Shown in pieces: positions 63,001 to 63,715 of a stretch of 63,715 nt of DNA. A program made the translations under genes and the position numbers. How positions within the stretch are numbered: the stretch's first letter is position 1; each line of letters opens with the position of its first letter. The notes beneath the pieces were generated by a model. The model was given only the letters and a program-made list of their open reading frames with translations, did not search any database and was not told where the DNA came from. The DNA comes from Rhynchobatus australiae (lineage: Eukaryota): NCBI GenBank assembly GCA_034780895.1, contig JAUZTB010000071.1, forward strand, positions 3,176,459-3,240,173, written 5' to 3'.

Positions 63001-63715
63001 ATTGTTAAAATGAGGGATAAATTTTTGAAGCTCAGAAGGAAGTGAGACAGTCTACTACACTATGAAGTGTCCAGAAAATTCAACAAATAAAACATCTGTT
63101 TACGGTGAAGATACATTTACCATTGAATATTGTTAACTTATTCAATTATTTACTTGACACAGTTTCTACTTATTTTGAACCCAATCAGCAAAAATTGTAT
63201 TGTCAACTTCGCATATTGTGGGTTTGCTTTTTGCATGTCGAAAGCGTACAGTTTTGGAATTTCTTGGCGGTTTTTTTTTTGTTGTTCTTGGCCGGATCAA
63301 CAAATGCCGAGCAAGAAGGCTGTGATGTGACGGAGAGTTGCTACGGGCATTTGAGAGAACAGCATGGAATGACTCACGAAGAAATCGCCGAGGTTTAAGT
63401 TGCTTATGAAGTACAGCTTGACGACAACTAAAAATGTCTGCGAGCAAATTATATTCACAGTTTCAAAACTAACCTTTTTTTCCTACCAAAACGATCAAAT
63501 GGGATCAAACATTCAATTGGATTTAGCACACTATCTTTCACTGCAAACACAGAAAGGTCTTGGCGCGTTTGTCTTAGTACCAGAGTGTTCCTTTGACCCT
63601 GGTAACTGCGCGACACAGAATCCAATCAAAAATTAATTTAAGAAAACAGGTCAGCAAAAGGCTTGTGAATTCTTATCAATTACGGAGCAACCGGTCAATT
63701 GAACAAACTACAATG

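Noticed and set aside
1-63715. CRISPR array, prokaryotic defence system or viral insertion
   Set aside because: No regularly spaced repeat-spacer array and no long gene-dense ORFs; recurring motifs are dispersed eukaryotic TE ends

Overview
Eukaryotic genomic DNA from a gappy draft assembly with many N runs, at least two of them false gaps whose flanks overlap. The repeat content (dense CR1 LINE remnants, an HE1/V-SINE, Deu-domain SINEs, Penelope-like elements, Rex1/Babar, L2 and Tx1 fragments, a solo LTR) points to a cartilaginous fish, probably a ray; this is inference from recognising repeat families by eye. Almost all ORFs in the track are spurious or TE-derived. The only clear host coding sequence is one 120-nt minus-strand exon (19339-19458) of a doublecortin-like kinase (DCLK2-like), whose neighbouring exons I could not find. 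There is also a candidate 11-nt micro-exon at 27013-27023 on the same strand. The most coherent system is a Penelope-like retroelement family whose 3' end carries a minimal type-I hammerhead ribozyme motif. It appears as one GIY-YIG-bearing copy and at least 7 short 110-200 bp remnants; three remnants have 9-11 bp target-site duplications and several break off just upstream of the ribozyme core. Unique DNA is mostly CpG-rich with enhancer-like blocks, interrupted by sharply CpG-poor patches, one of which adjoins the DCLK exon; this suggests a hypomethylated regulatory domain and/or mis-joined contigs. No prokaryotic-type system, CRISPR array, rRNA or tRNA gene was found. TE boundaries are approximate unless TSDs are given, and no database searches were run.
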